DNA of 64,000 nt from Thermoleophilia bacterium (GCA_037133755.1 JBAXNN010000002.1:26595-90594); one strand, 5' to 3'; positions 8,586-18,785 are shown, counted from the stretch's first letter. Numbers and translations are program-made. The notes: generated from the letters alone by a model not told the origin.

Positions 8586-9716
8586 GTGATCTACCTCGAC
8601 CACGCCGCCACGTCGCCGCCGGATCCGGCGGTGGTCACGAAGATGCTGCCGTTTCTGACGGGCCGCTTTGGCAACCCGTCGGAGCCGCATGCGCTTGGGC
8701 GGCAGGCGCGCGCCGATCTTGATGCGGCGCGGGCCGGCATCGCCGCCGCGCTCGGTGCGCAGCCCGCTGACGTGATTCTGACCGGCGGCGGCACCGAGGC
8801 CGACAACATCGCGGTGCTGGGCCGCTGTCAGGGTGAGCCCGGTCGTATCGTGGTGAGCGCGCTGGAGCACCCGGCCGTGATGCGCGCCGCCGACAACCTG
8901 GCTGAGCGCGGCTGGAAGGTCGCGATCGCGCCCGTGCTGGCCGACGGTCAGCTCGACGTGATGGCGTTTGGCGAGCTCGTGCGGCCTGGCGATGCCGTTG
9001 CGTGCGTGATGGCTGCGAGCAACGTGACCGGCGTGATCCAGCCGCTGGCTGAGGCCGCCGCGATCTGTGCGCACAACGACGTGCCACTCCACATCGATGC
9101 CGTCCAAGCAGCGGCCGGCATGGACCTCGACGTCGGCCACCTTCCCGGCGACGTGACGCTGGCGGTCGCCGCGCACAAGCTCGGCGGGCCGCGTGGCGTT
9201 GGTGCCGTCGTAGGCCCCGGCGTGCAGACGCTCGAGCCGATCAACCACGGTGGTGGCCAGGAGCGCGGCCTGCGCTCGGGCACCGAGAACCTGGCCGGCG
9301 CCGTGGCACTCGCCGAGGCACTGCGCATCCGACAGGGCGACGACGCACCCGCCGAACGAGAACGCCGGGCGGCCCTGCGCGACGACCTCGAACAGCGACT
9401 CGCGCTGCCGGTCGCCGGCGGTGCTGCGCAGCGCCTGCCCGGCCACGCGCTGCTGCTCACGGCCTACCGCGGCGACACCGTCGTGCGTCTGCTCGACGAG
9501 CGCGACATCGCCGTGTCGGCTGGCTCGGCCTGCGCCAGCGGCGACCCGCAGCCCGATCCGGTGCTCGCGGCGATGGGCATCGACCAGACCTTCGCGCGTG
9601 GTGCTGTGCGCGTGACGCTCGGGCCGACCACGACCGCCGAGGAGATCGACGCGCTCGTCGTCGCCTGGGCAGAGATCGAGCAGGGCCTCGACGCGGCTCG
9701 GGAGGCCTCGGCATGA
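8586..9716 (+). CDS. Cysteine desulfurase (class V aminotransferase, IscS/NifS-like)
   Basis: 376 aa with IYLDHAATSPP, AAHKLGGPRGVG (PLP lysine context) and SAGSACASG (active-site Cys loop). Confidence 0.85.
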   Translation: MIYLDHAATSPPDPAVVTKMLPFLTGRFGNPSEPHALGRQARADLDAARAGIAAALGAQPADVILTGGGTEADNIAVLGRCQGEPGRIVVSALEHPAVMRAADNLAERGWKVAIAPVLADGQLDVMAFGELVRPGDAVACVMAASNVTGVIQPLAEAAAICAHNDVPLHIDAVQAAAGMDLDVGHLPGDVTLAVAAHKLGGPRGVGAVVGPGVQTLEPINHGGGQERGLRSGTENLAGAVALAEALRIRQGDDAPAERERRAALRDDLEQRLALPVAGGAAQRLPGHALLLTAYRGDTVVRLLDERDIAVSAGSACASGDPQPDPVLAAMGIDQTFARGAVRVTLGPTTTAEEIDALVVAWAEIEQGLDAAREASA

Positions 9717-11107
9717 TCGACCTCTCGCGCGCCGGCTCGATCGACCAGCCCGATGGCGCAGGGAGCGCCGGTGGTGGACGCTGCGACGACCGCGTGCGCT
9801 TCACCCTGCGCCTCGCCGGCGAACGCCTTGCCGAAGTGCGCTTTGGTGCCGACGCCTGCGCCTCGACGACCGCGGCCGCCGCGTGGCTGGCCGAGGCGGC
9901 AGAGGGAAGCGGGCTGCTCGACGCCGCACGGCTTGGGCTCACCGACGTGCTGGCCGGCACGACGATCGACTCGCCCGAGTGCGCGCTCACCGCCGTCGAC
10001 GCGCTGCACGCAGCGCTGGGTGATGCCGTCGTGCGCGGTGCGTCGATCGCCGCCGACCCGCACCGTGTGGGCATCGCCATGAGCGGTGGGGTCGATTCCG
10101 CGATGGTGTTGACGAGCGCGGTGGAGGAGGGGCACGAGGCGGTTGGGCTGACGCTGCGCCTCTGGATCGACCCGGATGCCCCAAATCCCGAACGCGCCTG
10201 CTGCGCGCCGAGTGCCGTGCGCGCCGCGCGCGATCTGTGCCACGCCAAGGGCATGCCGCACTTCATGCTCGACCTGCGCGAGGACTTCCGCGCCGCGGTG
10301 GTCGAGCCGTTCGTGGCGGGCTACGCCGCGGGCGAGACGCCCAACCCGTGCGCCACGTGCAACGGCGCCTTCCGCTTCGACGCCATCGACGCCATCGCTA
10401 CGGCCCTCGGCTGCAGCGAATGGCGCACCGGCCACTACGCGCGACTCGTCGAGCGAGACGGTGCGCTGCTGGTGGCGCGGGGTGCCGACCCGGATAAGGA
10501 CCAGTCGGCCATGCTCGCGCTGGTCGACCCGGCGATTCTCGCCCGCGTGCGGCTGCCGCTGGGCGAGCGCATCAAGCGCGACGTGGTCGCCGAGGCCGGC
10601 GCGAAGGGGCTCGCCGCGGCGAAGGCGCCGGAGAGCCAGGAGGTGTGCTTCCTCGGCGGTGGTGAGTTGGCGCCATTCCTCGAACGGCAGGGCGTCGAGT
10701 TGGTTCCCGGCCCGATCGTCGACGAACAGGGCGTGGAGCTCGGTACGCACCACGGTGCCGTGGCCTTCACGCCAGGTCAGCGCCGCGGCCTCGGCGTGTC
10801 GCGCGGCACCGACGCGCTGTACGTGCTCAAGGTCGATGCACTGTCCAACACCGTCGTGGTCGCCACGCTCGAACGCCTCGGCCGCCGCGAGGTTGAACTG
10901 CGCGACGTGCGCCTGCGCGTGCCCTGTGACCGCGTCGGCGCAAGCTTCCGGGTGCGCGCCGAGCCGATCCCCGCCGCGCTCGCTGCGCACGCCGACGGCA
11001 CGGCGACGCTGGTGCTCGACCGCGATGCCTTCCAGGTCGCCCCCGGCCAGGTCGCCGCGCTCTACGACGGCGACTGCATCGTGGCCGCCGGCGTCGTCGC
11101 CGGCTGA
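9713..11107 (+). CDS. mnmA: tRNA 2-thiouridylase MnmA with an N-terminal IscU/SufU-like domain
   Basis: 464 aa. Residues about 1-105 resemble a U-type scaffold with three Cys (GGGRCDD, GADACAST, SPECAL). The rest is MnmA: the PP-loop AMSGGVDS, NPCATCNGAFRF and ESQEVCF. Confidence 0.85.
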   Translation: MIDLSRAGSIDQPDGAGSAGGGRCDDRVRFTLRLAGERLAEVRFGADACASTTAAAAWLAEAAEGSGLLDAARLGLTDVLAGTTIDSPECALTAVDALHAALGDAVVRGASIAADPHRVGIAMSGGVDSAMVLTSAVEEGHEAVGLTLRLWIDPDAPNPERACCAPSAVRAARDLCHAKGMPHFMLDLREDFRAAVVEPFVAGYAAGETPNPCATCNGAFRFDAIDAIATALGCSEWRTGHYARLVERDGALLVARGADPDKDQSAMLALVDPAILARVRLPLGERIKRDVVAEAGAKGLAAAKAPESQEVCFLGGGELAPFLERQGVELVPGPIVDEQGVELGTHHGAVAFTPGQRRGLGVSRGTDALYVLKVDALSNTVVVATLERLGRREVELRDVRLRVPCDRVGASFRVRAEPIPAALAAHADGTATLVLDRDAFQVAPGQVAALYDGDCIVAAGVVAG

Positions 11108-11144
11108 CGGCTCGGCGTTCGCAATCGCGTACCCTGCCGGGGCA

Positions 11145-13784
11145 ATGCTGGCTCACGAAATCCGCGCCGCCTATCGGAACCACTTCGAGCAGAACGGGCA
11201 TCTCGTCATGCCCTCGGCGAGCCTCGTGCCCGCATCGCTCGATCCGTCGGTGCTGCTCACGACCGCAGGCATGCAGCCGTTCAAGCCGTTCTTCCTCGGT
11301 CTCGACACGCCGCCGGCCACGCGCCTGACGAGCGTGCAGAAGTGCTTCCGCACGACGGACATCGACGAGGTCGGCAAGACCGCGCGTCATCTCACCTTCT
11401 TCGAGATGATGGGCAACTTCTCGTTCGGCGACTACTTCAAGGCCGGCGCCATCGAGTTTGCGTGGACGCTCGTCAGCGGCGCGTGGCAGATGGACACCGA
11501 CAAGGTGTGGATCACGGTCTTTGCCGGCGACGACCAGGTGCCCGGTGACGACGAGGCGCGCGAGCTCTGGCTCGCCCAGGGCGTGCCCGCCGAGCGCATC
11601 GTCGGCCTCGGCCGCAAGGACAACTTCTGGCAGGCCGGCCCGACCGGACCCTGCGGCCCGTGCAGCGAGCTCTACTACGACCGCGGCGTCGAGCACGGCT
11701 GCGGACGTCTCGCTGGCCCTGACGGCTGCAAGCCGGGCTGCGACTGCGACCGCTTCCTCGAGTTCTGGAACCTCGTGTTCATGCAGTACGACCAGGCCGA
11801 GGATGGCTCGCTCTCGCCGCTGCCCAAGACGGGCGTCGACACGGGCGCGGGCGTCGAGCGCGTCGCCGCGCTGCAGCAGGGCGTGCACTCGGTCTACGAG
11901 ACCGACGGCTTCAAGGCGATCATCGCCGCGATCGAGGAGTGGACCGGCACGTCGTACGAGTCTGGCGGCATCCACACCAAGGCGCTGCGCGTGCTCGCCG
12001 ACCACGGCCGCGCGATGACGTTCCTCGCCGCCGACGGCGTATTGCCCGCCAACGAGTCGCGTGGCTACATCCTGCGCCGCGTCATCCGCCGCGCCGTCTC
12101 GCACGGCCATCGCCTCGGCATCAAGGGCACGTTCCTCGAGCGCCTCGCCGATCTCGTGATCACGCAGCTCGGCGACGTCTACCCCGAGCTGGTGCAGAAC
12201 CGCGACGACGTGATCCGCATTCTCAGCGGCGAGGAGGAGCGCTTTCTTCGCACCCTCGAGACCGGCACGACCCAGTTGGAGGAGCGAATTGCGCGCGTCC
12301 GCGCCGAGGGCGGCACCGCGCTGCCCGCCGCCGACGCCTTCCTCCTGCACGACACCTATGGCTTCCCGTTCGAGCTCACGCAAGAGCTCGTCGCCGAGCA
12401 GGATCTCTCGGTCGACGAGGCCGGCTTCGCCGAGCTGATGGAGGCACAGCGCCAGCGCGCTCGCAGCGCCGCCGGCAAGGGTAGCGGTGTCGACATGGAC
12501 AAGGTCGCCGCGTTCGCGCGCGAGGCCGGGTTCGTAACGGAGTTCGTCGGCTACGACCAGAACGACATCCGCACGCGCATCGGTGCCCTCACCGACGTCG
12601 GCGATGGCCGCATTACCGTGAAGCTGCGCGAGTCGCCGTTTTATCCCGAGGGTGGCGGCCAGGTCTCCGACGCCGGCCACATCGAGTCCGACACGGGCCG
12701 CGCCGCGATCGTCGACGTGATCCGCTTCGATAAGGACCAGACGCTGATCGTCGTCATGGAGCACGGCGAGTTGATGGAAAACCAGGAGGTGCGCGCGATC
12801 GTCGATACGACGACTCGCCGCCCGACGCAGGCCAACCACACCGGTACGCACGTGCTGCATCGCGCGCTGCAGGAGGTGCTCGGCGACCACGTTCGTCAGA
12901 AGGGCTCGTCCGTGCGTCCCGACAAGCTGCGCTTCGACTTCTCGCACGAGACCCCGCTGACGCCGGAGGAGCTGGCGCGCGTTGAGGACATCGTCAACCG
13001 CGTCGTCATCGAGGGGCACCGCGTCTTCACGTTCGAGACCTCGCAGGACGAGGCGCGCGAGCTCGGCGCGATGATGCTGTTTGGCGAGAAGTACGGCGAC
13101 GTCGTCCGCGTGGTCGAGATCGAAGGCTTCTCCCGCGAGCTCTGCGGTGGCACGCACGTGGCCACGACGGCCGAGATCGGCCCGATGCGCATCGTGTCGG
13201 AGTCGAGCGTCGGTCAGGGCGTGCGTCGCATCGAAGCCGTCACCAGCGGTGTCGCGATCGACCTGCTGCGCCAGCGCGAGCGCGCGGCTGACGAGGCGTC
13301 GAAGGCGCTCAAGGTCGGGCCCGAGCGCCTGCCCGAGGCCGTCCGCGATCTGCAGGCCAAGGTGCGCGAGCTCGAGAAGCAGCTGAAGGCCGGCGGTGGG
13401 TCCGCGGGTGGTGCAGCCGTCGACGAGCTGGCTGCGCAGGCGCAGGAGCGCGGTGGCGTGAAGCTCGTGGCTGCCGGGGTGGGCGAGATCGCCCCCGACG
13501 CGCTGCTCGAGCTGGCCGATCATCTGCGTGGCGCGCTCGGCTCGAGCGTCGTGCTGCTGATCGGCGAGAACGCGGGCAAGGTCGCGCTGATCTGCGCGGC
13601 GACGCCGGAGGCCGTGGCCGCCGGTGCCGACGCGGGTGCCGTGATGAAGGTCGCAGCGCCGCTCGTGGGTGGTGGCGGTGGTGGCAAGCCGAATCTGGCC
13701 CGTGCCGGTGGCAAAGACGCCAGCGGCATCCCCGCTGCGCTCGAGGCAGGCCTCGCGGCTCTCGCCGACCAGCTGCCGGCCTGA
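11145..13784 (+). CDS. alaS: Alanine--tRNA ligase
   Basis: The start is taken at MLAHEIRAAYRNHFEQNGH, in frame with ORF 10176..13784. It contains FFEMMGNFSFGDYFK, WNLVFMQY and a C-terminal DHHA1-like GGGGGKPNLA. Confidence 0.95.
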   Translation: MLAHEIRAAYRNHFEQNGHLVMPSASLVPASLDPSVLLTTAGMQPFKPFFLGLDTPPATRLTSVQKCFRTTDIDEVGKTARHLTFFEMMGNFSFGDYFKAGAIEFAWTLVSGAWQMDTDKVWITVFAGDDQVPGDDEARELWLAQGVPAERIVGLGRKDNFWQAGPTGPCGPCSELYYDRGVEHGCGRLAGPDGCKPGCDCDRFLEFWNLVFMQYDQAEDGSLSPLPKTGVDTGAGVERVAALQQGVHSVYETDGFKAIIAAIEEWTGTSYESGGIHTKALRVLADHGRAMTFLAADGVLPANESRGYILRRVIRRAVSHGHRLGIKGTFLERLADLVITQLGDVYPELVQNRDDVIRILSGEEERFLRTLETGTTQLEERIARVRAEGGTALPAADAFLLHDTYGFPFELTQELVAEQDLSVDEAGFAELMEAQRQRARSAAGKGSGVDMDKVAAFAREAGFVTEFVGYDQNDIRTRIGALTDVGDGRITVKLRESPFYPEGGGQVSDAGHIESDTGRAAIVDVIRFDKDQTLIVVMEHGELMENQEVRAIVDTTTRRPTQANHTGTHVLHRALQEVLGDHVRQKGSSVRPDKLRFDFSHETPLTPEELARVEDIVNRVVIEGHRVFTFETSQDEARELGAMMLFGEKYGDVVRVVEIEGFSRELCGGTHVATTAEIGPMRIVSESSVGQGVRRIEAVTSGVAIDLLRQRERAADEASKALKVGPERLPEAVRDLQAKVRELEKQLKAGGGSAGGAAVDELAAQAQERGGVKLVAAGVGEIAPDALLELADHLRGALGSSVVLLIGENAGKVALICAATPEAVAAGADAGAVMKVAAPLVGGGGGGKPNLARAGGKDASGIPAALEAGLAALADQLPA

Positions 13785-13849
13785 TTCCGTCACGAATTCG
13801 CGCGTTTTCGCGCGTCGTGCGGCGCGCGTCAGCGGCTAGGGTGCGGCCT

Positions 13850-14239
13850 ATGAAGGTCGTGGCACTCGACTACGGATCGGCCCGCACCGGTGTGGCCGTG
13901 TGTGATCCCTCGGGCACCCTTGCGCGCCCGCTCGAGACGATCGAGCGCATCGGCGCCAAGGAGGGCACCGCGCGACTGCTCGAGGTGATCGCCGAGCACG
14001 AAGCCGAGCTGCTGCTCGTCGGTCTGCCGCTGATGCCCGACGGCACGCGTGGCGAGCAGGCCAACGCCACGATGGCGTTCGTCGGGCGCCTGCGCCCGCA
14101 GACGGCTGTGCCCATCGAGTTCGAGGACGAGCGCTTCACCAGCGCCGTCGCGCAGACCAAGGGTGGGGAGGCCGGGCTCGACGCCCGCGCCGCGGCCGAG
14201 TTGCTGCAGGGCTGGCTGGATCGGCAGGGCGCCGCATGA
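13850..14239 (+). CDS. ruvX: YqgF/RuvX-like putative pre-16S rRNA nuclease
   Basis: MKVVALDYGSARTGVAVCDP..., about 130 aa, in the conserved position after alaS. Confidence 0.85.
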   Translation: MKVVALDYGSARTGVAVCDPSGTLARPLETIERIGAKEGTARLLEVIAEHEAELLLVGLPLMPDGTRGEQANATMAFVGRLRPQTAVPIEFEDERFTSAVAQTKGGEAGLDARAAAELLQGWLDRQGAA

Positions 14240-15228
14240 CGCGCCGACGGTTCATCGTGCTCCTGCTCGGACTGCTGAGCGTTGGCGTGCTCGCGGCCTG
14301 TGGCGGCAGCGCTCCGGCACCAGGCGAGAAGGTCGTCGTCACCATTCCCGCTGGCGCCACCGCCGGCCAGATCGCGCAGATCCTCGAAGACGCCGGCGTC
14401 GTGAGCAGCGCCAACGACTTCGTCGAGCGCATCGTCGCCGACGGCCAGGGCGAGGGCTTCAAGCCCGGCACGTACGCGCTACGCACGAACGAGGAGTACG
14501 ACCGCATCGTCTTCCAACTCAACAACGGACCAACGGCCGACGCGGCGCGCCTGACGATCCCGGAGGGGTACGCCATCTGGGACATCAAGGCCGCCGTGCG
14601 CGAGGTTGGCATCAAGCCCGCGCAGTACCAGGCGGCGCTCGACGCCCACCAACCGCCCACGGGGTTTCTCTCGGCTGGTGAACAGGCGGCAACGCTCGAG
14701 GGATTTCTCTTTCCTGCCACCTACGATGTCGCCGTGCCTGCCGACGCGAATGCCCTCGTCTCCGACCAGCTGGCGGCGTTCAGCGACAACTGGGCCTCGG
14801 TCGACATGACCTACGCGAGTTCGAAGAACCTGACGCGCTACGACGTGCTCAAGATCGCCTCGCTGATCGAGCGCGAGGCGCAGGCACCCAACGATCGCGC
14901 CAAGATCGCCTCGGTCATCTACAACCGACTGCACGCGGGCATGTCGCTCGGTATCGACGCATCGGTCCAGTACGGCCTCGGCTCGTGGGGCGAGCTGAGT
15001 GGTACCGACCTGCAGAGCGACTCGCCGTACAACCTGCGGCGCTTCAAGGGACTACCACCCACGCCGATCTGCAACCCCGGCGTGGCCGCCATGCAGGCGG
15101 CTGCCAACCCGGAGAAGACCGATTACCTGTACTACTACGCCATCAAGGGTGATCCGAAGGGTCGCCACTGGTTCACCAACAGCTACGACGCCTTCCTCCA
15201 GTACCAGAAAGAGCACCCTTACTCGTGA
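14236..15228 (+). CDS. mltG: Endolytic murein transglycosylase MltG (YceG-like)
   Basis: 330 aa with an N-terminal TM segment/lipobox, LEGFLFPATY, ASLIEREA, VIYNRL and SPYNLRRFKGLPPTPICNPG. Confidence 0.85.
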   Translation: MTRRRFIVLLLGLLSVGVLAACGGSAPAPGEKVVVTIPAGATAGQIAQILEDAGVVSSANDFVERIVADGQGEGFKPGTYALRTNEEYDRIVFQLNNGPTADAARLTIPEGYAIWDIKAAVREVGIKPAQYQAALDAHQPPTGFLSAGEQAATLEGFLFPATYDVAVPADANALVSDQLAAFSDNWASVDMTYASSKNLTRYDVLKIASLIEREAQAPNDRAKIASVIYNRLHAGMSLGIDASVQYGLGSWGELSGTDLQSDSPYNLRRFKGLPPTPICNPGVAAMQAAANPEKTDYLYYYAIKGDPKGRHWFTNSYDAFLQYQKEHPYS

Positions 15229-16052
15229 TCAGCGGAACCACACGACTGCTCGGCGTGATCGGCGATCCGGTCTCGCACTCGCGCTCGCCGCGGATGCAGA
15301 ACGCCGCCCTCAAGCAGATGGGCCTCGACTGGACGTACGTGCCGCTGCACGTCACCGCGGATCAGCTTGAGCACGCGCTGCGCGGCCTGCATGCGCTCGG
15401 CTTCGTCGGCGCCAACGTGACGGTGCCGCACAAGGAGGCCGTCGCCCAGCTGGTTGACGAGCTGCGCCCCGTCGCGAAGGCGAGCGGATCGGTCAACACC
15501 ATCACCATCGACGCCGACGGCCGCCTGATCGGCGACTCGACCGACGGGCCGGCCATCGCTGCCGCGATCTCGTCGGAGGTGGGGGAGCGGTATCAGGGCA
15601 CCGTCACGGTCCTGGGCGCCGGCGGCTCCGCGCGTGCCGCAGCCGCAGCGCTGGCCCAAGACGGATGCACGGTGCAGATCTTCGCGCGCCGCCCCGAAGC
15701 CTCGGCCGCGCTCGCCGCCGATCTCGCCGGCACCGGCGATGTCGTCGCGGTCGCCGAGCTGCCCGATCCGGTCGGCGCCGTGATCGTCAACTGCACGCCG
15801 GTTGGTGCGCTCGTCGACCCCGAGGGCATGCCACTGCCGGCATCGCGCCTGCTCGACGTGCGCGTTGTCGTCGACCTGGCCTACCGCGCCGACGCTACGC
15901 CGACGCCGCTGATCACCGCAGCCGCCGAGGCCGGATGCGCGGTTGTCGATGGCCTCGAGATCCTCGCGCGCCAAGGTGCGCATGCGCTTGAGATCTGGAC
16001 GGGCGAGACGGCACCGCTCGAAACGATGCTGGCCGCCGCACGCGGCACGTGA
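15225..16052 (+). CDS. aroE: Shikimate dehydrogenase
   Basis: 275 aa with LLGVIGDPVSHSRSPRMQNAA, NVTVPHK and LGAGGSARA. Confidence 0.85.
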   Translation: MISGTTRLLGVIGDPVSHSRSPRMQNAALKQMGLDWTYVPLHVTADQLEHALRGLHALGFVGANVTVPHKEAVAQLVDELRPVAKASGSVNTITIDADGRLIGDSTDGPAIAAAISSEVGERYQGTVTVLGAGGSARAAAAALAQDGCTVQIFARRPEASAALAADLAGTGDVVAVAELPDPVGAVIVNCTPVGALVDPEGMPLPASRLLDVRVVVDLAYRADATPTPLITAAAEAGCAVVDGLEILARQGAHALEIWTGETAPLETMLAAARGT

Positions 16053-16681
16053 TCCTGATCGGGCTCGCCGTCGGTGCCCTGCTGGGGCTCTTGGCTGTGC
16101 CCGCTGTCGCCCGTCTGCCACGAGGTATCCCCGAACGACTCGCCCAACCGGCGTGGACGGCGCGTGCCGGACGCCCGGTCGTGTTGTGCGCGGCAGGTGC
16201 GGCAGTCGGCGCACTGCTCGGTGCGGCGGCGCCCGATACCCGCACGTTCGCGCTTGGCCTCGTGCTGCTGGCCGTCCTGCTGCCAGCCACCGCAATCGAC
16301 ATCGCCTGGCGCGTCGTGCCCGACACGCTGGTGCTCGTCGGCGCGCTCGGTGGTCTCGGCGTCGTCGCGCTGGCGATGCCCGACCAGCTCGTGCCGCACC
16401 TCGTGGCGGGTCTGATCGGTGGACTGGGGGCACTGCTCGTCGCGATCGCCGCCCGAGGTGGGTTCGGGCTCGGCGACGTCAAGGTGATTGCCATGACCGG
16501 GCTCGTCCTGGGTGCGGCGCTTCCGCTCGCGGTGGTTGGTGGCCTGCTGATCGCAGGCCTGGTCTCGCTGCCGATTCTGATCCTGCGGGGACGCGGTGCG
16601 ACGCTGCCGCTCGTGCCGTTTCTGGCGGCTGGGGCGTTGCTGGCCTGTCTCGCGCCCGCCCGGGCCGCAATCGGGCTCTAG
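16049..16681 (+). CDS. A24-family prepilin peptidase-like membrane protein
   Basis: 210 aa, polytopic and hydrophobic, with a GLGDVKV motif. Confidence 0.65.
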   Translation: MILIGLAVGALLGLLAVPAVARLPRGIPERLAQPAWTARAGRPVVLCAAGAAVGALLGAAAPDTRTFALGLVLLAVLLPATAIDIAWRVVPDTLVLVGALGGLGVVALAMPDQLVPHLVAGLIGGLGALLVAIAARGGFGLGDVKVIAMTGLVLGAALPLAVVGGLLIAGLVSLPILILRGRGATLPLVPFLAAGALLACLAPARAAIGL

Positions 16682-16878
16682 CAGCGGGATTACGACTGTG
16701 ACCAAACCGTGATGTTCTGATCACGAGATGGCCATGTTTCCCGCGTACTGTTCAGACCAAGCGACGGTCCCTCCCTCTAATCCGTCGCCCGACGAGCCCA
16801 GTAGGCCGTCCGGTCTCACCGCCCAACGGCGGATCCTCCCAACCTCGAGCGTCGCGCCCCATCCGGCGCGGCGCTCAG

Positions 16879-17217
16879 GTGGTAGAGGAGACGGAGATCG
16901 CCGCGTGGGCATACGATTCCCGCATGGCACCGATCCGCCAAGTAGCGCCCGGAGGCGGCGTGGAGTTCGAGGTCGATCCGTCGACCGGGCATTCCGCATG
17001 GCGCGTAGCCGGCCGCCGTGCGAACGTCGCTCGCGCCCGCTCGGTCGCCGGCGACGGAGCGGTCGACCGCATCCTGCGCGACACGATCTCTCAGCTGCGC
17101 GCGCAGGCGGCCGAGGGCGGAGAGGACCGCGAGGCGCTGCGGAACTTCGCCGGTCGTCTGTGGATCACGCGGCATGGCGACGCGCCCGTCGCCGACGATC
17201 AGAACCGCCTGTTCTGA
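16879..17217 (+). CDS. Hypothetical protein (start uncertain)
   Basis: 112 aa. GC3 bias favours this frame over the overlapping frames. I recognised no motif. An alternative ATG lies at 16924. Confidence 0.4.
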   Translation: MVEETEIAAWAYDSRMAPIRQVAPGGGVEFEVDPSTGHSAWRVAGRRANVARARSVAGDGAVDRILRDTISQLRAQAAEGGEDREALRNFAGRLWITRHGDAPVADDQNRLF

Positions 17218-17218
17218 C

Positions 17219-17683
17219 CTACTGGCCGGCGAGGACGCCGATGGCCGTCTGCGCGGCGGCGAAGGCCCGGTCGAACTCGGCCGCCGGCACCGGGGTCGAG
17301 GCGGCGACTGCCAACGCATCGACGGCGCGCACGGCGCGGAGGTAGTCGCCCGGCGCGAGCGCTTCGAAGGAGGCGTGCTGCGTGGCCAACTGCTCCTTGA
17401 CGCGCACGATGCGCTCCTGCGCGTCGGCGTACGGCGTCGGCTTGACGATCGTGCCGTCGGGCACGGCGAGGTCGTACTTGGCCTTGACGGGGGCAAGCTG
17501 GGCATTCAACGCCGTGGCGTTGAGGCGCACCTGATCGGCCAACGTCTGCAGGTCGGGTGCCGCCGAGCGGCCGACAAATACGCCGATCGCCAGGCCGACA
17601 ACCAGCGCCAGAATCGCGAAGATACTCGCGCCGACGATGACGCGGCCGGTTAGCTCGTTGCCGTCGTTCTGCCAGGCGCTCAT
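17219..17683 (-). CDS. Membrane-anchored helical protein, downstream partner of the FTR1 permease
   Basis: The start is taken at MSAWQNDGNELTGRVIVGASIFAILALVVGLAIGVFVG (one TM segment). The remainder is Ala/Gln-rich and helical. Confidence 0.6.
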   Translation of the reverse strand: MSAWQNDGNELTGRVIVGASIFAILALVVGLAIGVFVGRSAAPDLQTLADQVRLNATALNAQLAPVKAKYDLAVPDGTIVKPTPYADAQERIVRVKEQLATQHASFEALAPGDYLRAVRAVDALAVAASTPVPAAEFDRAFAAAQTAIGVLAGQ

Positions 17684-17717
17684 GCGCGAAGCATGCCCGA
17701 GGCGCGCCGCAGGGGGA

Positions 17718-18785
17718 TCAGGCCGAGATCGCGGTCGGGATCGGCTCGGCGACCGGCGCGGCGGTCGCGGGGACCGCTGCCTGCTCGCCGCGTCCACGGG
17801 GACGACGCACCTTCACGTACTCGGCCGCGTAGTACGAGCCGATCACGAAGGCAGCGGCGAGGAACTGCGCGCCGAGCGTCTCGACTGTCGGATAGACCTC
17901 GAACCACGTCCCCATCCAGACCGGAATGACACCGACGAGAATCGGGTGGACCGGCAGCCAGCCGAGCTCCTGGAAGGTTGCAGCCGTGCCGCCGACCATC
18001 ACGACGAGGACGAAGCCGAGCAGGATGCCGGTGATCACGAGCATCCGCTTGTACGGCAGCTTCTGCTGGAAGATGAAGAGGCACGCGCCGACGGCGAGCG
18101 TGAGGGCGAAGCCGATCGCGACACCCTCGAGGACGACCGACGCACTCGTGACGAGGCGCAGGTTCTGGAGGAAGAGAACGGTCTCGAAGCCCTCGCGGAA
18201 GACGCTGGTGAAGCCGAGCAGGATCATGCCGGTCAGGATGCCGCCGCCCGCGCCGGCCAGCATCTCCTTCTTGCGCGCGTTCTGCTGCGAGATCCAGCCG
18301 GTCCAGTAGACGTTGTGCATGAACCAGTTCATGACGACGAGCAGGACGGCGACGGCGATGAAGCCGGTGATCGCCTCGAGGCGCATGCCAAGGCCAGCGA
18401 ACTGGTCGAGGATCGCGCCCATCACGAACCACGTGATGACCGAGGCGCCCAACGCCACGACCGAGCCGAGGAACACCGGACGGCGCAGGTGGCGGTTCGC
18501 GCCCATCATGCTGGCGGTGATCGCCGCGAGGATGAGCACCGCTTCGAGGCCCTCGCGGAAGACGATCATGGAGGCGTTGAAGATGACCGTGCCGTCGCTC
18601 ATCGTGCCGCGACCGGCGACGCTGGGATCAACCGGGCCGGTCTCGGCCGTGGCGATCAGGTAGACCGCAGCCGACAGCAGACCCAGTGCCAGGCCCCACA
18701 GCGCGAACTTGCGCAGACGCCGCGACGGACGCGGTGCGATCGTGCGACCGGTGGGGCAGGACATTGGTGCGTTGGAGTCGGGCAA
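17718..18785 (-). CDS. FTR1/EfeU-family high-affinity iron permease
   Basis: 355 aa, multi-TM, with two REXXE motifs (REGLEAVLIL and REGFETVLFL). The start is TTG at 18785 or ATG at 18764. Confidence 0.8.
   Translation of the reverse strand: MPDSNAPMSCPTGRTIAPRPSRRLRKFALWGLALGLLSAAVYLIATAETGPVDPSVAGRGTMSDGTVIFNASMIVFREGLEAVLILAAITASMMGANRHLRRPVFLGSVVALGASVITWFVMGAILDQFAGLGMRLEAITGFIAVAVLLVVMNWFMHNVYWTGWISQQNARKKEMLAGAGGGILTGMILLGFTSVFREGFETVLFLQNLRLVTSASVVLEGVAIGFALTLAVGACLFIFQQKLPYKRMLVITGILLGFVLVVMVGGTAATFQELGWLPVHPILVGVIPVWMGTWFEVYPTVETLGAQFLAAAFVIGSYYAAEYVKVRRPRGRGEQAAVPATAAPVAEPIPTAISA

Noticed and set aside
10176-11144. The 5' extension of the alaS ORF (1202 aa as listed).
   Set aside because: The extension is Arg/Pro/Ser-rich, overlaps the well-supported mnmA frame, and AlaS homology begins at MLAHEIRAAYRNHFEQNGH (ATG 11145).
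10827-13793. 988-aa minus-strand ORF opposite alaS. Similar giants lie at 31810..34233 (opposite the recN end, the cyclase gene and pyrG), 52126..54921 (opposite the permease and the ACAD-fold gene), 59049..61391, 18930..20093 and 9464..10990.
   Set aside because: They have the typical high-GC antisense ORF composition (Arg/Ala/Gly/Asp-rich, many His and Arg runs, no recognisable motifs). Each lies opposite a gene with unambiguous family motifs.
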